This document shows positions 63,349 through 64,000 of a stretch of 64,000 nucleotides of DNA, one piece after another. Positions within the stretch are counted from its first letter, which is position 1. Every line of letters begins with the position of its first letter. Below the pieces are notes generated by a model. The model saw only the letters and a list, made by a program, of their open reading frames with translations, searched no databases and had not been told where the DNA came from. The position numbers were made by a program, and so were the translations under genes. The DNA is from Lama guanicoe (lineage: Eukaryota): positions 1,302,001-1,366,000 of the forward strand of contig MU054212.1 in assembly GCA_013239625.1 (NCBI GenBank). The letters are read 5' to 3'.

Positions 63349-64000
63349 GTAAAGTTACTGTGTCTGGCTCACTCAGATGTTGTTTTCCTAAAGTAATTAA
63401 AGTAAATGGTTTTGCAGTATTATCCTTGGTTTTACTATTGTTAAATTTTCATGCAAGAAAAAAAGTATTTGCTCATTTTCTACCCCCAAATTACTAGGGA
63501 TCACAGAACATTGTTTCTGTTTATCACTGCTTTCAAAATTGTATCTAGACTTTGATTTTCAAAGAAGAAAAACCCATTGTGGTAGTGTAGAAAATTATGG
63601 TGCTTAATAGCTTGTTAAAAAATTATTTGTCCTATCACGTGGGTCAAACTGAGTCTGTTCCAGTGTTGCCCAAGTAAGGGGACAGTGGACAGATTGGTTG
63701 AACCCAATTCTTCCCAATCTGAATTCCTTTCCCTATCTGCTTCTTGATCTTAGGTCACCTGATTTCCACCCAAGGATTTCAGAATGGTAGACCTTTCAGT
63801 CAAAAATGGTATTCCTAGGTCTTTGTCTTTCTCACTCTCTTTTCAGCAGAATCATTTTCTCCTTCCTTGCTGCTGTAATCTAGCCTAAACTTTATTAATG
63901 TAAGAGATAATTTCAGTATGCCTATAAAGTTAAATTAATCAAAAAGTCTCATTAGCTTAACATAGGTTTTAAGCATTAAGTCTCTTTCTTTTGGTCTCTG

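Noticed and set aside
1..64000. CRISPR array, operon or other prokaryotic system
   Set aside because: The sequence is intron-containing mammalian DNA, and I saw no regularly spaced repeats.

Overview
Mammalian genomic DNA, not prokaryotic. It is most likely from a camelid (camel/alpaca), judging by two tRNA-derived Vic-1-type SINEs. The window holds the 5' halves of two divergently transcribed genes. OSBPL1A (long, ankyrin-repeat ORP1L isoform) is on the minus strand, with a CpG-island promoter and non-coding exon 1 at ~34.4-35.0 kb and five coding exons (codons 1-160) from 18,885 down to 932. IMPACT (RWD-domain GCN1-binding inhibitor of GCN2) is on the plus strand, with a CpG island at ~48.35-49.2 kb and coding exons 1-7 (codons 1-196) from 48,733 to 63,348. 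All 12 coding exons have GT-AG boundaries and consistent phases. The rest is intron or intergenic DNA, rich in L1, L2, MIR, MaLR/ERVL/ERV1 LTRs and DNA-transposon relics. I found no convincing new gene, CRISPR or other novel system. The best leads are regulatory or structural hypotheses: the imprinting-relevant architecture of IMPACT intron 1, overlapping uORF/alt-frame ORFs around the IMPACT start, a UPRE-type motif upstream of IMPACT, a CLEAR-like E-box and G4 at the OSBPL1A promoter, a candidate uORF-bearing cassette exon, an internally inverted ERVL, and young retroposon insertions with target-site duplications. Repeat family names come from remembered consensus sequences, and their boundaries are approximate.
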